In this document: one piece after another, positions 15,750 through 25,392 of the stretch
How the letters are laid out: every line of letters begins with the position of its first letter
How positions within the stretch are numbered: position 1 is the stretch's first letter
Source of the DNA: a virus
Lineage: Duplodnaviria > Caudoviricetes
DNA length: 64,000 nt
Strand: one strand, 5' to 3'
IMG/VR virus record: IMGVR_UViG_3300043220_000070
Span: 1-64,000 of that record
Translations under genes and position numbers: made by a program
Notes under the pieces: generated by a model
Database searches by the model: none
Told to the model about the DNA's origin: nothing
The model's input: only the letters and a program-made list of their open reading frames with translations

Positions 15750-16014
15750 GCCCGTATGTATAGTTGAATGTGTGGTAGGCGACCATTGTGCACTGTCCCT
15801 TCACCTGGATGAGGCGGATGGCTGGGTGTACTTCTCCATCTTCATTGGGGCGTTCTACGCCGGCCAGTCCTCCCTCATGAGCCGGTGGGTAGAGAGATTC
15901 AAGATGGTCTTCACCATACTGGTAGGCAGGGAGTATCAGTTCGAGGATATTATCCTCGACCGTGAGGCGGTGAAGAAGGTGACGGACTTCCTCCTCCTAG
16001 TGGAGGACGACTGA
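15742..16014 (+). CDS. hypothetical protein
   Basis: AGGAGG RBS before ATG 15742. Confidence 0.6.
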   Translation: MTKPVCIVECVVGDHCALSLHLDEADGWVYFSIFIGAFYAGQSSLMSRWVERFKMVFTILVGREYQFEDIILDREAVKKVTDFLLLVEDD

Positions 16015-16015
16015 G

Positions 16016-16231
16016 ATGAAGTCTGTGTTCCTCGTAACCCACAGTGACTACGATGAGTACAGCATCGAGGGGATTTTCGAGTCGGAGGCTGACGCAAAGG
16101 CTGCGCTTCAATTCCGGGGTTTCCGCATCTACAAGACGGGCAGGGCAAGGGGACTCTGGTCGAAGCGCGGGTGGTGGTATCCCTTAAAGATTGAGGAATA
16201 TCCCATCGGCTGGCGGGGGGAGGACGACTGA
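16016..16231 (+). CDS. small phage protein
   Basis: VFLVT..DYDEYSIEGIFESEADA, a common phage microprotein pattern. Confidence 0.65.
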   Translation: MKSVFLVTHSDYDEYSIEGIFESEADAKAALQFRGFRIYKTGRARGLWSKRGWWYPLKIEEYPIGWRGEDD

Positions 16232-16232
16232 G

Positions 16233-16520
16233 ATGAATGTCACCTGCCCCCAGTTTCGTTCCACCTCCTCAGGCGCCGACATTCAACCAAAAACCGACGA
16301 CCTGTGTGGGACATGTGCCTTCGCCCGGGGAGACCACGAAGAGGAGGTGGGAGAGCCCCGCGGCGCCAACTGTGAGGTGGTGGCGGATGTCCTCCTGAAG
16401 TGCGGACATCACTACTGTTGGCTCTGTTACGAACGGGGACGGGACGAGTGCAACCACCTCGTCAAGGTGAGGAGGCGTAGCGGGACTCGGTTGGTCTGGG
16501 AGAAAGCGGAGGCTCCATGA
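16233..16520 (+). CDS. Cys/His-rich protein
   Basis: CGTC...H and KCGHHYCWLC motifs. Confidence 0.6.
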   Translation: MNVTCPQFRSTSSGADIQPKTDDLCGTCAFARGDHEEEVGEPRGANCEVVADVLLKCGHHYCWLCYERGRDECNHLVKVRRRSGTRLVWEKAEAP

Positions 16521-16637
16521 GCCCCCTCTGCTTCCTGGTGTGGGCGTGGGTTGACTTTAACCTGGTGCTGGGCCTCCACCTCAACTCGCTGGCCCGAGAA
16601 CTGCTGGAGTGGCCACTCTATTTCCAAGGAGGTGCTG

Positions 16638-17138
16638 ATGGAGACAACATGGAGATACTGCCCCGATGGGCACAAGCACCAAACACAACCTCAGTTCCTC
16701 CCGTGCTGTCCGAAAGCCCACCCTCCCGGTTCTAAGGAAAGAAGCAGGCGCCGTCCGCCGGCGCATCCACGCTTACGGGCGAAGGCAAGGAGCTTCATCC
16801 AACTGCGGGACAGGGGTCTGTGTAGGTACTGTGGCCAGCATGGTCAGGAAGTTGACCATGTGGTGCCGAGGTGTAATGGTGGGGGGGATTATGCGTTTGA
16901 TAACTTGGTATGGAGCTGCAAGAGGTGCAACGGTATCAAGGGTAGGGAGGCCGGCTTCACCCTCAAGAAGGAGCGGCTCTACTGGCACGGCCGCCTTGTA
17001 GCTCCCGGCCACCTCTTCGGCCCGGAGTTGCTGGCGAAAATAGAAGCTCAACGTTTGGAGCGCCAGGTTGCGGCCGGCCTCACGGGCGTGGTAGAATATA
17101 AGCAGAAGCAAGAACAGAATTCAGGAGGTGCATCATGA
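16638..17138 (+). CDS. HNH endonuclease
   Basis: RDRGLCRYCG..EVDHVVPRCNGG...NLVWSCKRCNGIKG; AGGAGG RBS. Confidence 0.9.
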   Translation: METTWRYCPDGHKHQTQPQFLPCCPKAHPPGSKERSRRRPPAHPRLRAKARSFIQLRDRGLCRYCGQHGQEVDHVVPRCNGGGDYAFDNLVWSCKRCNGIKGREAGFTLKKERLYWHGRLVAPGHLFGPELLAKIEAQRLERQVAAGLTGVVEYKQKQEQNSGGAS

Positions 17139-17599
17139 GTAACCCTATTAGTAGGTTCTTCAAGTCAAGGGAGGCGGTACATGTCCGGGAGGCGATACGG
17201 ACACATGGCATCTTCGTTATCGAACCCACCACTTGCTGTGCTGAGTGTGGTGGGTACTTCCGAACGGAGAAGATGAAGACCATCGTCCGGGGCGAGACCG
17301 TCCTGAAACAGGACAGGGGCGTGGGTCTTCCCCACTTCGAGTCGGTCTCCTACTGCCAGGGCTGCAAGCCTCTGGCGACCATCATCTTCGTCCTGCGAGA
17401 CACCCAGGGTGAGGTGCTGGACAGGCGGTTCTTCACGGCGGACAATGGCTGGTTCCAGGACGTGGATGAGAGAACGGGTGAAGACCGGTACGTCGTCTCG
17501 CTGGATGAGTACAACCACACATTCTGCGGAGAGTGCGGCGAGCTCATCGAGGAGACGGAGTGCCAGGACTGCCGCAAGCCTAAGAAGGCTGAGAAGTAG
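17135..17599 (+). CDS. zinc-binding hypothetical protein
   Basis: Four CxxC pairs. Confidence 0.65.
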   Translation: MSNPISRFFKSREAVHVREAIRTHGIFVIEPTTCCAECGGYFRTEKMKTIVRGETVLKQDRGVGLPHFESVSYCQGCKPLATIIFVLRDTQGEVLDRRFFTADNGWFQDVDERTGEDRYVVSLDEYNHTFCGECGELIEETECQDCRKPKKAEK

Positions 17600-17602
17600 C
17601 TT

Positions 17603-17953
17603 TTGAAGACCTTGACAATTTCGGACAGCGGCCACCGCTATCTCCTACTCGTAAGGGAGGACACCGACCTGCCTTCTCTGCCGGAGAAGGAGGAGCCTCC
17701 CCACATGCGGTTCATGGGTTGGTGGAGGGGGCAGTGCGAGCGGATGGGCATCCCCTACGTCTTCCGTGTGGCGGAGCCTCAGGGCGTCCGTATCATCCAG
17801 TCGCTGCTGAAGAAGCATACACTCGAGGAGCTCCAGGAACTGGCCCTTCACTTCCTTCTTGACCACGGCGACCGGCTCCGGGAAGATGCACGGCATTTTT
17901 CGATTTTCGCCAGCATGGTACCCACCATGCAACAGGAGTTGAAAAGAGAGTAA
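17603..17953 (+). CDS. hypothetical protein (possible helicase loader/initiator-like)
   Basis: Helical 116-aa ORF near the replicative helicase; function inferred from position only. Confidence 0.45.
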   Translation: MKTLTISDSGHRYLLLVREDTDLPSLPEKEEPPHMRFMGWWRGQCERMGIPYVFRVAEPQGVRIIQSLLKKHTLEELQELALHFLLDHGDRLREDARHFSIFASMVPTMQQELKRE

Positions 17954-17956
17954 GCT

Positions 17957-18421
17957 ATGCCCTCGGGAGTGTACCAACGCCCCTCCTGGTTCGAGCGCTT
18001 CTGGAAGTGGGTATCTGTTCCCTCGGATGCTACAAGGTGTTGGTTGTGGAAGGGTGCCCTCCATCACGGGTACGGGTACCTGCGTATTGACGGTCGTGAG
18101 TGGGAAAGCCATCGAGTCTCTTATTTATTGCACTATGGAGACCTGCCCCCACAACTAGACCACCTTTGTCGGGTGCGCCATTGTGCTAACCCCTACCACT
18201 TGGAATCGGTCACGGCTAAGGAGAATATACTACGTGGCGAGTCTCCCTCGGCGCGGAATGCCCGGAAGACCCACTGCCCCAAAAGGCACCCCTACAATGA
18301 GGAGAACACCTACCTCTGTTTGAGAAGACGAAACAACCATCCGAATAAATGGAGTCGGGAGTGTCGTATATGTGCACGAGAGCGTCAACTAAAGTATGCG
18401 GAAAGGAGAAAGGTGGCGTGA
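17957..18421 (+). CDS. HNH homing endonuclease (HNH_3 type)
   Basis: CWLWKG..GYG..SHRVSY..LDHLCRVRHCANPYHLESVTAKEN..RKTHCPKRH. Confidence 0.92.
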   Translation: MPSGVYQRPSWFERFWKWVSVPSDATRCWLWKGALHHGYGYLRIDGREWESHRVSYLLHYGDLPPQLDHLCRVRHCANPYHLESVTAKENILRGESPSARNARKTHCPKRHPYNEENTYLCLRRRNNHPNKWSRECRICARERQLKYAERRKVA

Positions 18422-18651
18422 ATAGTTTTTTGAAGAGGTTGTTCCGAAGAACCTGTCGTTCACATGACATGGAGCCGGTCATCTTTCCCCCTCCTAAGTT
18501 CGAGTGTCTTTATGACGGCTACCTTTGGGGGGCAACGATTATGGTGTGTAGGCACTGTTGGCAAGTGGAAGTCAGGGAACAGCGGGTAGATACGGCGGAG
18601 GAAAAGGTCTACGTGCGCCAGACTGTATTGAACAGGGGGAGGGCACAATAA
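18418..18651 (+). CDS. small hypothetical protein
   Basis: GTGA overlap; AAAGG RBS. Confidence 0.5.
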   Translation: MNSFLKRLFRRTCRSHDMEPVIFPPPKFECLYDGYLWGATIMVCRHCWQVEVREQRVDTAEEKVYVRQTVLNRGRAQ

Positions 18652-19946
18652 CCGGCTTATTCTGGGCCATGTCCCTAGTGCTGTCCGACCCCACCTTCCT
18701 GGAGAAGTGGAGGCACGCGCTCGTCCCTGAGTCGCTCCCCAAAGGGCCAACACGGTTCCTTCTGGCGTCCGCTCTCGAGCACTGGGATGCCCACCACCAG
18801 CTCATGGACTGGGCGGCCTACCTCTACTGGGTAGATAGTGCCATTGAAGATGAAGATTTGCATAAGGACTACCGGCAAATCTTCCTTGACATCCAGTCCG
18901 CCTATCCCATCACCGCCTCCAGCCACCCTACTGCATGGGAGGCGGCAGAGGAATGGCTCCAGAGCTACCATGTGGGGATGGCACTCGACCGTGCCCGAGC
19001 CGCTCTTGTCGCCGGCGACCGGGGTGGCGCCTTTTCTGAGCTCTTAGGACTACGGGAGGTGACTGGTGAAGAAAGAGAAGACCCTATTGAACTGGTACCT
19101 AGTGATGCCCTCGGGGACATTATTCGCTCTCGGCGCTCTACCAACTGGAGAGACGCCCCAATTCCACTGGGTATCGACCTCATGGACGAAGCGCTGGAGG
19201 GGGGAGTACAGCGAGGTGACCTAGCCATCATCGCTGGCCCTACCAACCTAGGTAAGTCGATGTTCCTATGCTATCTGGCAGCGTCGGCGTACAAAGCAAA
19301 CCGGCGTGTCCTCTACCTCACATATGAGCTCAGCCGCCTCCATATTGGGGAGCGTATCTTGATGGCACTCTTCGAGAAGCCGAAGCAAGACCTCAACCCC
19401 GACACGGTAGCGGACGAATTGATAGCCCGGAGGGAACGGTGGGGAGTGACTGACCGCGGGAGTGTGGTGATTGAGGATGGGCTGCGTACAGTCACCGACC
19501 TGCGGCACCGGTTGGAGGAGGACGATGTTGACCTCGTGCTACTGGACAGTGCGGACGACATTTCCCCCCGACAGAACTACCCCAATTTGTATCTGTCGCA
19601 AGGCGAGGTGTACTCGGACATTTTGCTGGACATTTGCCACGGCATGAACCTCCCAGTTTGGACTTCGGTTCAGTTAAACCGCGAATCGGTAGAGCGCGCC
19701 CGTGTCAACCTCCGTCACATCGGAGACAGCTTCAAGAAGGTGCAGAGGTCGACGTTGTGTGTAGCCGTCTCCCAATCCCGGGAGGAGGAGGATTATTACC
19801 TAGCCCCACTCGTCAAACTCTCCGTGCTGAAGGACAGCCAGCACGGGGCGAAGGGAAAATGGTGGAGGTACACCACTGCATTTGGACGGGGGGCCAAGGG
19901 TTGGCCTGGGTTCAGCCACTTCCCGGAAAGGGGCTCGCTGGAATGA
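18558..19946 (+). CDS. DnaB-like (SF4) replicative helicase
   Basis: IAGPTNLGKS (Walker A), YLTYEL, LVLLDS (Walker B), SVQLNR; start possibly ATG 18669. Confidence 0.9.
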   Translation: MASGSQGTAGRYGGGKGLRAPDCIEQGEGTITGLFWAMSLVLSDPTFLEKWRHALVPESLPKGPTRFLLASALEHWDAHHQLMDWAAYLYWVDSAIEDEDLHKDYRQIFLDIQSAYPITASSHPTAWEAAEEWLQSYHVGMALDRARAALVAGDRGGAFSELLGLREVTGEEREDPIELVPSDALGDIIRSRRSTNWRDAPIPLGIDLMDEALEGGVQRGDLAIIAGPTNLGKSMFLCYLAASAYKANRRVLYLTYELSRLHIGERILMALFEKPKQDLNPDTVADELIARRERWGVTDRGSVVIEDGLRTVTDLRHRLEEDDVDLVLLDSADDISPRQNYPNLYLSQGEVYSDILLDICHGMNLPVWTSVQLNRESVERARVNLRHIGDSFKKVQRSTLCVAVSQSREEEDYYLAPLVKLSVLKDSQHGAKGKWWRYTTAFGRGAKGWPGFSHFPERGSLE

Positions 19947-20098
19947 ATGCTAAAGAGACCCACCTCCTGGCCACTGGTTCTGGCTACTACTGGCTCAAGA
20001 CGGTATGCGGAACAGTAATCAGCCGGCGGGAGTACCACGAATCGCTCGGCTCTAAGTACATCTGTTCCGCTTGTCTCCCCAGAGAGAGGTGACCTTGA

Positions 20099-20233
20099 GT
20101 GACCGAAGAAGATGAACACGCCTTCTGTGAGCAGTGTGGGGACTGCATCGTCTGCGAGCCCGACCACTACTGCGACGTTTGCAAGGGGTGCAGGTGGGCC
20201 TGCGGTGGCTGTGAAGAGGAGCAAGAGGGATGA
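20099..20233 (+). CDS. 44-aa Cys-rich microprotein (not in ORF track), paralogous to the 3780-4136 C-terminus
   Basis: FCEQCGDCIVCEPDHYCDVCKGCRWACGGC. Confidence 0.65.
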   Translation: MTEEDEHAFCEQCGDCIVCEPDHYCDVCKGCRWACGGCEEEQEG

Positions 20234-20601
20234 CTGGAACCACACCCAACCATAAGATTCCGTTCTGGTTGGAGTACCCCCTCAATTTCCCCGGGCGCGT
20301 CACCGATGAGATACGCGTCCTCTGGGTATCCACTGTTCCCCTACTCGCAGACGTGTGGGGTGTCTCTAAAGCCGAGGCTCGGCGCCGTCTTCAACAGCAG
20401 CAGGTGCGGGAATGCGGGCTGTCTGGCCCCCCCGTCCAGCCGGGGGAGGTAATGGTGCAGCTCGGTTGTGCTTGGGTGATGCCCCACGGCAACAGCTTTC
20501 ATACCATTGTATTCGTGGACATCCCAAGACCCTGGCACCGGCGCCTCACCGACTGGCTCCTAAGCCGGTGGGAGCATTCCCCCTGGAGGAGGTACAGATG
20601 A
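20230..20601 (+). CDS. S4-like RNA-binding domain protein
   Basis: LLADVWGVSKAEARRRLQQQQVR resembles the S4 motif (SxSEARRLIxQGxV). Confidence 0.55.
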   Translation: MTGTTPNHKIPFWLEYPLNFPGRVTDEIRVLWVSTVPLLADVWGVSKAEARRRLQQQQVRECGLSGPPVQPGEVMVQLGCAWVMPHGNSFHTIVFVDIPRPWHRRLTDWLLSRWEHSPWRRYR

Positions 20602-21551
20602 ACGTCCAAGCACTCATCAGCACAATAGAGAACGCCGGCTTCACGGTCGACCTGGTGGAGGGAGGCACGGAGTTGGTGATGGCCTGCCCCCTCTGCTTTT
20701 CGGAGGTGCGCAAACTCTACATCTCCACTGACCACGGGGCCTTCATCTGCTTCGTCTGCAACGAGCGGGGCTCTCTCCGGCGTCTCCTCATCAGCGTATG
20801 CGAGCTGAGCTTCAACGACGCCGCCGTGCTGGAGCGCTCCATCCTCGGGGGGAAGAAGCGAGCCGCCATCACCGTCCCCCGGCCGGCGCCGCCATCTACT
20901 GTGGAGCTACCTTCTGGCTTCCAATACGACCCCGGGAATGGTTTGGCCGCGGTCTACCTAGCATCTCGTGGACTACTCCCAGCGTGGGTGAACGCTTTGG
21001 ATATTGGCTACTGCCTCGTGGGGAGATATGCCTGCCGTGTCATCGTCCCCGTCTATACCCAGGGCGCCCTGCGCACCTTTGTGGCCCGAACCTGGCGCCC
21101 GGAAGAGAAGAAGAAAGTATTGATGCCTGAGGGCAGCCAGGCCAGCCGCGCTCTATTCGGGTACGACGGACTCCTCACCGACCGAGCCTACTGGAAGAAC
21201 CTCATTTTGGTCGAGGGTATCTTCGATGCCCTCCGCATGTGGGAGTACGGCTACCGCGAGACGCTAGCCACCTTAGGCGCCCACACTACGGAGCTCCAAA
21301 GAAGCCTGGTGAAACACTTGAAGCCTGAGCGCGTTATAATCTTGATGGACGCGGACGACGCCGGCCGGGAGGCTGCTATCAAGGAGGCCCGGGAGTTCGT
21401 CTACGACATGCTCCCGGTCTCAATTGCTCAGCTCCCTGAGTGTACTGACCCGGCATCAGCATCACCCGCGGACATCCGACGGGCGCTTGACACAGCAAAG
21501 CCCGTTACGTTAGACTACGGAATCGAGAGTCAGAAGGAGATGCATCAATGA
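20598..21551 (+). CDS. DNA primase (zinc finger + TOPRIM)
   Basis: CPLC..FICFVC zinc finger; LVEGIFDA; MDADDAGREA. Confidence 0.92.
   Translation: MNVQALISTIENAGFTVDLVEGGTELVMACPLCFSEVRKLYISTDHGAFICFVCNERGSLRRLLISVCELSFNDAAVLERSILGGKKRAAITVPRPAPPSTVELPSGFQYDPGNGLAAVYLASRGLLPAWVNALDIGYCLVGRYACRVIVPVYTQGALRTFVARTWRPEEKKKVLMPEGSQASRALFGYDGLLTDRAYWKNLILVEGIFDALRMWEYGYRETLATLGAHTTELQRSLVKHLKPERVIILMDADDAGREAAIKEAREFVYDMLPVSIAQLPECTDPASASPADIRRALDTAKPVTLDYGIESQKEMHQ
21487..21516 (+). promoter_or_regulatory. promoter TTGACA-N18-TAGACT upstream of the SSB/RecA genes
   Basis: Motif read directly. Confidence 0.55.
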
Positions 21552-21817
21552 CTACAATAACCGAGGCAGAGCAGTTCGCGCAGATGCTCCGCTCCCACGG
21601 AGCGCCGGAGGAGGTAGATTTCCTCCACCTTGGCCTTTATATCACAGCGTCGGAGCGGAAGATTACTCTTAGAGAGGCGGCCGAGGCTCGCTCAGCGGTA
21701 ATAGTAGCCCTTAAAAACCTCGACTTGGGCTACGACGCTGGTGAGAGGGTGGGTGACTGGAAAGATATAGCAACAGAGGAGGTGCAACACAATGGTAAAA
21801 CCCAAGAACGACCTTAG
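21548..21817 (+). CDS. hypothetical protein
   Basis: AAGGAG RBS; ATGA overlap. Confidence 0.55.
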   Translation: MTTITEAEQFAQMLRSHGAPEEVDFLHLGLYITASERKITLREAAEARSAVIVALKNLDLGYDAGERVGDWKDIATEEVQHNGKTQERP

Positions 21818-22754
21818 TGGGTGGGCATCGGACATCGACACAGAGGCGACCCGTGCCCTCATCTCGGAGCTCCAGACCTCTGGGATGCCCTGGGATAAGC
21901 TGGACTCCGACCCAAAGAAGTACGTCACGAACTACCGACGTATCTGTCCGAAGCGTCCCGAGTGGCCGAACCCCTACCAAATCGTGCCTGTGCACTACCT
22001 AGGGCCGAACAACCGAATGGTGGTCTGCCCGAAGGAGGCAGGTATGGGGGAGTGCCCCGTCTGCCAACTGCGCTGGCAGCTCCAGGAAGGTGGAGACGAG
22101 CAGGGAGCCCGGAAACTCCGAGCCTCGATACGCACGTTCCTGAACGTCGTGCGTATTGACCAGGATGGGAACCTGGCGGAGGAGGGGGTCTTCCTTATGG
22201 GCCTCAACCAGCTCCAGTTCCTTGGCAAGCGCGACACCGCTTATGACCCAGATGAGGAGTCGGAGCTTCCTTTGTTCTACTTCTTCGAGAAGTACGGCGA
22301 CCTGTCCCATGTCGAGACGGGTCGTGACCTGCTTATCAAGGCGAAGCAGGACAAGCAGGGTGAGTACGACGTGCTCGCCATGAAGTTCTCAGTGGCCGAC
22401 CCCAGTCCCTTCCCCGGCACAGGCGAGCTTTTAGAGGAGGGGCTTACCGACCTGCCAACGGTAGCGGCCGTCGTCGAGCCAAGTGAGATGATTGGCATCC
22501 TTGAGGGCCGGGCTACTGGCGCCATGATGCTGCCCGCCGCCACACCAGGGGCCTCGGCCCAGATTGCAGCTCCGGCCGCGACTAAGAGCCGGTTCGGTGG
22601 CGCAGAGGAGGAGGGAGAGGAGGCAACACCCGAGGAGGAGACTGCCGAGGAGCCGGAAGAGACGCCGGAAAACCCTAGGGCATCCAAGGCTCCTCCGAAG
22701 ACCGACCCTAAGGAGGCGCTCGAGAGGCTACGGGCGACTCAAGGGAAGAAGTAG
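21792..22754 (+). CDS. single-stranded DNA-binding protein (T4 gp32-like)
   Basis: VHY...VCP...GECPVC zinc motif, acidic flexible C-terminus, and position between primase and RecA. Confidence 0.7.
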   Translation: MVKPKNDLSGWASDIDTEATRALISELQTSGMPWDKLDSDPKKYVTNYRRICPKRPEWPNPYQIVPVHYLGPNNRMVVCPKEAGMGECPVCQLRWQLQEGGDEQGARKLRASIRTFLNVVRIDQDGNLAEEGVFLMGLNQLQFLGKRDTAYDPDEESELPLFYFFEKYGDLSHVETGRDLLIKAKQDKQGEYDVLAMKFSVADPSPFPGTGELLEEGLTDLPTVAAVVEPSEMIGILEGRATGAMMLPAATPGASAQIAAPAATKSRFGGAEEEGEEATPEEETAEEPEETPENPRASKAPPKTDPKEALERLRATQGKK

Positions 22755-22760
22755 TTAGGG

Positions 22761-23795
22761 ATGGCTGACCCCCAGGCTGTCATCAAGCGCCTCCAAGAGG
22801 GAGATTCCGAGCTGACCGTACAGGTGGGGCGGGAGGGGGCCATCATCGCTGAGCCCACGGGCTATGTCTCCACCCGCTGTCCCACACTAGACTACCTTAT
22901 CGGTCGGCCCGGTATCCCCCTGGGGGGTATCACCGTCCTAGTTGGGGCTTACGGTGCCGGCAAGAGTACCATCTGCCTCAACATCCTAGCGGAGTGCCAG
23001 GCACAAGGCGGTCAGGCAGTGGTGTTCGACACTGAAGGTAGGCTCAACTTTGACCGCGCACAGAAGCTGGGTATCGACCTCGACACCCTCATCGTCGCTC
23101 AGCCCGATACCCTAGAGGAGATGTTTACAGGGGTAAAGGAGCTCATCGGTGCCGCGCGGGAGGTGCTGGAAGAGGATGACCACATCGTCATCGTCGTCGA
23201 TGGTGTCGCGGGCGCCCCGCTGGAGAAGGAGGCCAAGGGTGAGAACCTGTCATTGGGCGCCCAATCACTCCTTATAAGGCGAGAGCTTCGAGTCCTGACC
23301 AACCTAGTGAACCGGCAGCGCATCGGGCTGGTCATCACCACCCAGCCCCGGCAGAAAATCAGCCTTGGAAAATGGGGCAAGCCAGAAGACCATTGGTTGG
23401 GGAGAGACCCTCTGGGCCACGCCGCTATGACGGTCATCAAGTTGGACGTACAGAAGAAGTTCGGCGAAGACCTCAATAGCCCTATTGGGCACGTCATCAT
23501 GGCGACGCTGGTGGACACCCGCATTGCCGGCTGCACCACCCCGGGCTGTAAGGACTGCCGCCGCAAGGACTTCCGCCGCACCTTCGACTTCTACGATGCC
23601 ACCGGCCCCGACTTCTTCAGCTCAGCACTTGAAGTGCTCATGGAGAAGAAGGTGGTTAGTTATAGTGGTGGTTGGTACCGGTTTGGGGAAGGGAAGCCAT
23701 TCCGACGCGATGCAGTAGAGGAGAAGCTGACCGAGGAGCCGGCGATGTTAGACGCACTCCGGGAAACCCTACAAGGAGGACACCATGGTAGCTGA
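22761..23795 (+). CDS. recA: RecA/UvsX-like recombinase
   Basis: STRCPTLDYLIG..GIPLG; GAYGAGKST; FDTEGR; IVVDGVA. Confidence 0.92.
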   Translation: MADPQAVIKRLQEGDSELTVQVGREGAIIAEPTGYVSTRCPTLDYLIGRPGIPLGGITVLVGAYGAGKSTICLNILAECQAQGGQAVVFDTEGRLNFDRAQKLGIDLDTLIVAQPDTLEEMFTGVKELIGAAREVLEEDDHIVIVVDGVAGAPLEKEAKGENLSLGAQSLLIRRELRVLTNLVNRQRIGLVITTQPRQKISLGKWGKPEDHWLGRDPLGHAAMTVIKLDVQKKFGEDLNSPIGHVIMATLVDTRIAGCTTPGCKDCRRKDFRRTFDFYDATGPDFFSSALEVLMEKKVVSYSGGWYRFGEGKPFRRDAVEEKLTEEPAMLDALRETLQGGHHGS

Positions 23796-24015
23796 TACGA
23801 CAATGGTAGTCCGGGGCTGTGCATTCTGTGACGGTACCCTACCAACTATCCGGCTCAGCACGACCCAGTTGGGAGGGGATAATGTGCGCATGTGTATTTG
23901 CCGGGCCTGTATCCTCGTGGCCCTGAAGGAAATTGAAAACCCCAGCGAGTACCCAGCCGTCATAGAAGCCCGTGATTGCGACTTGAGTGTGATTAGCCAG
24001 GGGCAGGATTCGTGA
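23785..24015 (+). CDS. ClpX-type C4 zinc-finger protein
   Basis: CAFCDG...ICRACILVALKEI. Confidence 0.6.
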   Translation: MVADTTMVVRGCAFCDGTLPTIRLSTTQLGGDNVRMCICRACILVALKEIENPSEYPAVIEARDCDLSVISQGQDS

Positions 24016-24257
24016 CCGGCCAAACACCTAGCTGTCAGTTCTTCCCCTCCTCCTCCTCGAGCTGCCTTCGCCGGCCGACGGTGTTCCTTCATAGCCTGGA
24101 GCGTGGCCTTTTGTGGCTATGCGTGGGCGTGCACCTGCGAGAGCAGGACGAGCGTGACGGGCAGATGCGCGAGGCTGAGATGGAGGTAATTCTCCAAGAG
24201 AAGATGCAGGAGTGGGCGCTCGAGTCTGCTCTTATAGCGTTCGGGTTACGACCATGA
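24012..24257 (+). CDS. hypothetical protein
   Basis: GTGA and ATGA overlaps. Confidence 0.5.
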   Translation: MTGQTPSCQFFPSSSSSCLRRPTVFLHSLERGLLWLCVGVHLREQDERDGQMREAEMEVILQEKMQEWALESALIAFGLRP

Positions 24258-25237
24258 CCCAGACCTACTCACCAATCACAAGCGTCAGGATTAAGAATTT
24301 CCAATCGTTGGAAGACTCTACTCTCTACCTCGGGCAACTGTCCGTTCTAGTCGGCCCCGGAGACGCAGGTAAGAGCGCTGTCCTCCGTGCCCTGCGCGCG
24401 GCCTTCCTCAACGACGCTTCCGATGACGACATCCGCCATGGGGCTAAGAAGATGGAGGTAGCACTCACCTTTGAAGATGGGGTGGTCATTGAATGGTGGA
24501 AGCAGAAGGGACAGGGTGGGTGTTACCGGATGACGGACAGCGCCCCTGAGCGAGAGTTCACCAAGACGGGAGGCGCCGTACCAGATGAGGTCGCTGAGTA
24601 CCTAGGTATCGGGCGCATTGAGGTGGACGCTACTACCGAGCTCACCCCTCAGCTCAGCGACCAGCACGACGTGCCGTTTATCCTCTGGGAGACGGGGAGT
24701 AAGCGTGCCCGCATACTTGGGAAGGCAACTCGTTTGGACATGGTGGTGTCGGCCCAGATGTTGTGCAAGAAGGAGCTAGACCAGACGAGGCGGGGGGCGG
24801 AGGAAGCCACTACTGCCCTCGCTGATGTTGAGGTGCGCCTCGAGGAGCTACCGGATTACCGGGCCATTGAGGGCGAGCTGGACGAGGCGGAGGCCAATCT
24901 TAAGACCATTGGCGACAACATCCTTCTAGCGGGCCGGGCTCGGGAGTTGGCTGACCAAATTGCGGAGGTGAACTCCCGAGCCACGGCCATAGACGTGCCG
25001 TCCCTGCTCAAACGGGTGGAGGTATCGTCCGACGCACTGGAGGTAGCGGCGCGTGGGCACTTCCTGGCCCAGCGCATCCCCGAGGTTACGAGCCTAGTAG
25101 CCAACCTAGGCAAGCGCCACGCCGACCACCAGGAGGCCCTAGCGAGCTTCCAAACCCAGCTCACTGTAGTCTGCGAGGAGGCAGGGGTTTGTGAAACCTG
25201 TGGTGGGTTGCTTAGTCATAAGGAGTGTGGAGGATGA
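24254..25237 (+). CDS. Rad50/SbcC-like ATPase, N-terminal half
   Basis: IKNFQS, GPGDAGKS (Walker A), coiled coil, ending in CETCGG (zinc-hook-like). Confidence 0.88.
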   Translation: MTQTYSPITSVRIKNFQSLEDSTLYLGQLSVLVGPGDAGKSAVLRALRAAFLNDASDDDIRHGAKKMEVALTFEDGVVIEWWKQKGQGGCYRMTDSAPEREFTKTGGAVPDEVAEYLGIGRIEVDATTELTPQLSDQHDVPFILWETGSKRARILGKATRLDMVVSAQMLCKKELDQTRRGAEEATTALADVEVRLEELPDYRAIEGELDEAEANLKTIGDNILLAGRARELADQIAEVNSRATAIDVPSLLKRVEVSSDALEVAARGHFLAQRIPEVTSLVANLGKRHADHQEALASFQTQLTVVCEEAGVCETCGGLLSHKECGG

Positions 25238-25392
25238 AAGTTTATATGCCGCACCACTGGTGGAGGTATACCCGAGAGCATACCAGCTACGGGTTCTCCC
25301 TCCACTTCCATTGCTTTGGGTTCTCGTTCGTGTTGGACTGGGGCAGACACACGGGTATGCTGGGCGTCTATGTTGATTGGGGGCAGTCGTGA
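25234..25392 (+). CDS. 52-aa aromatic-rich microprotein (not in ORF track)
   Basis: ATGA overlap; HTSYGFSLHFHCFGFSFVLDWG resembles 3344-3514. Confidence 0.5.
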   Translation: MKVYMPHHWWRYTREHTSYGFSLHFHCFGFSFVLDWGRHTGMLGVYVDWGQS

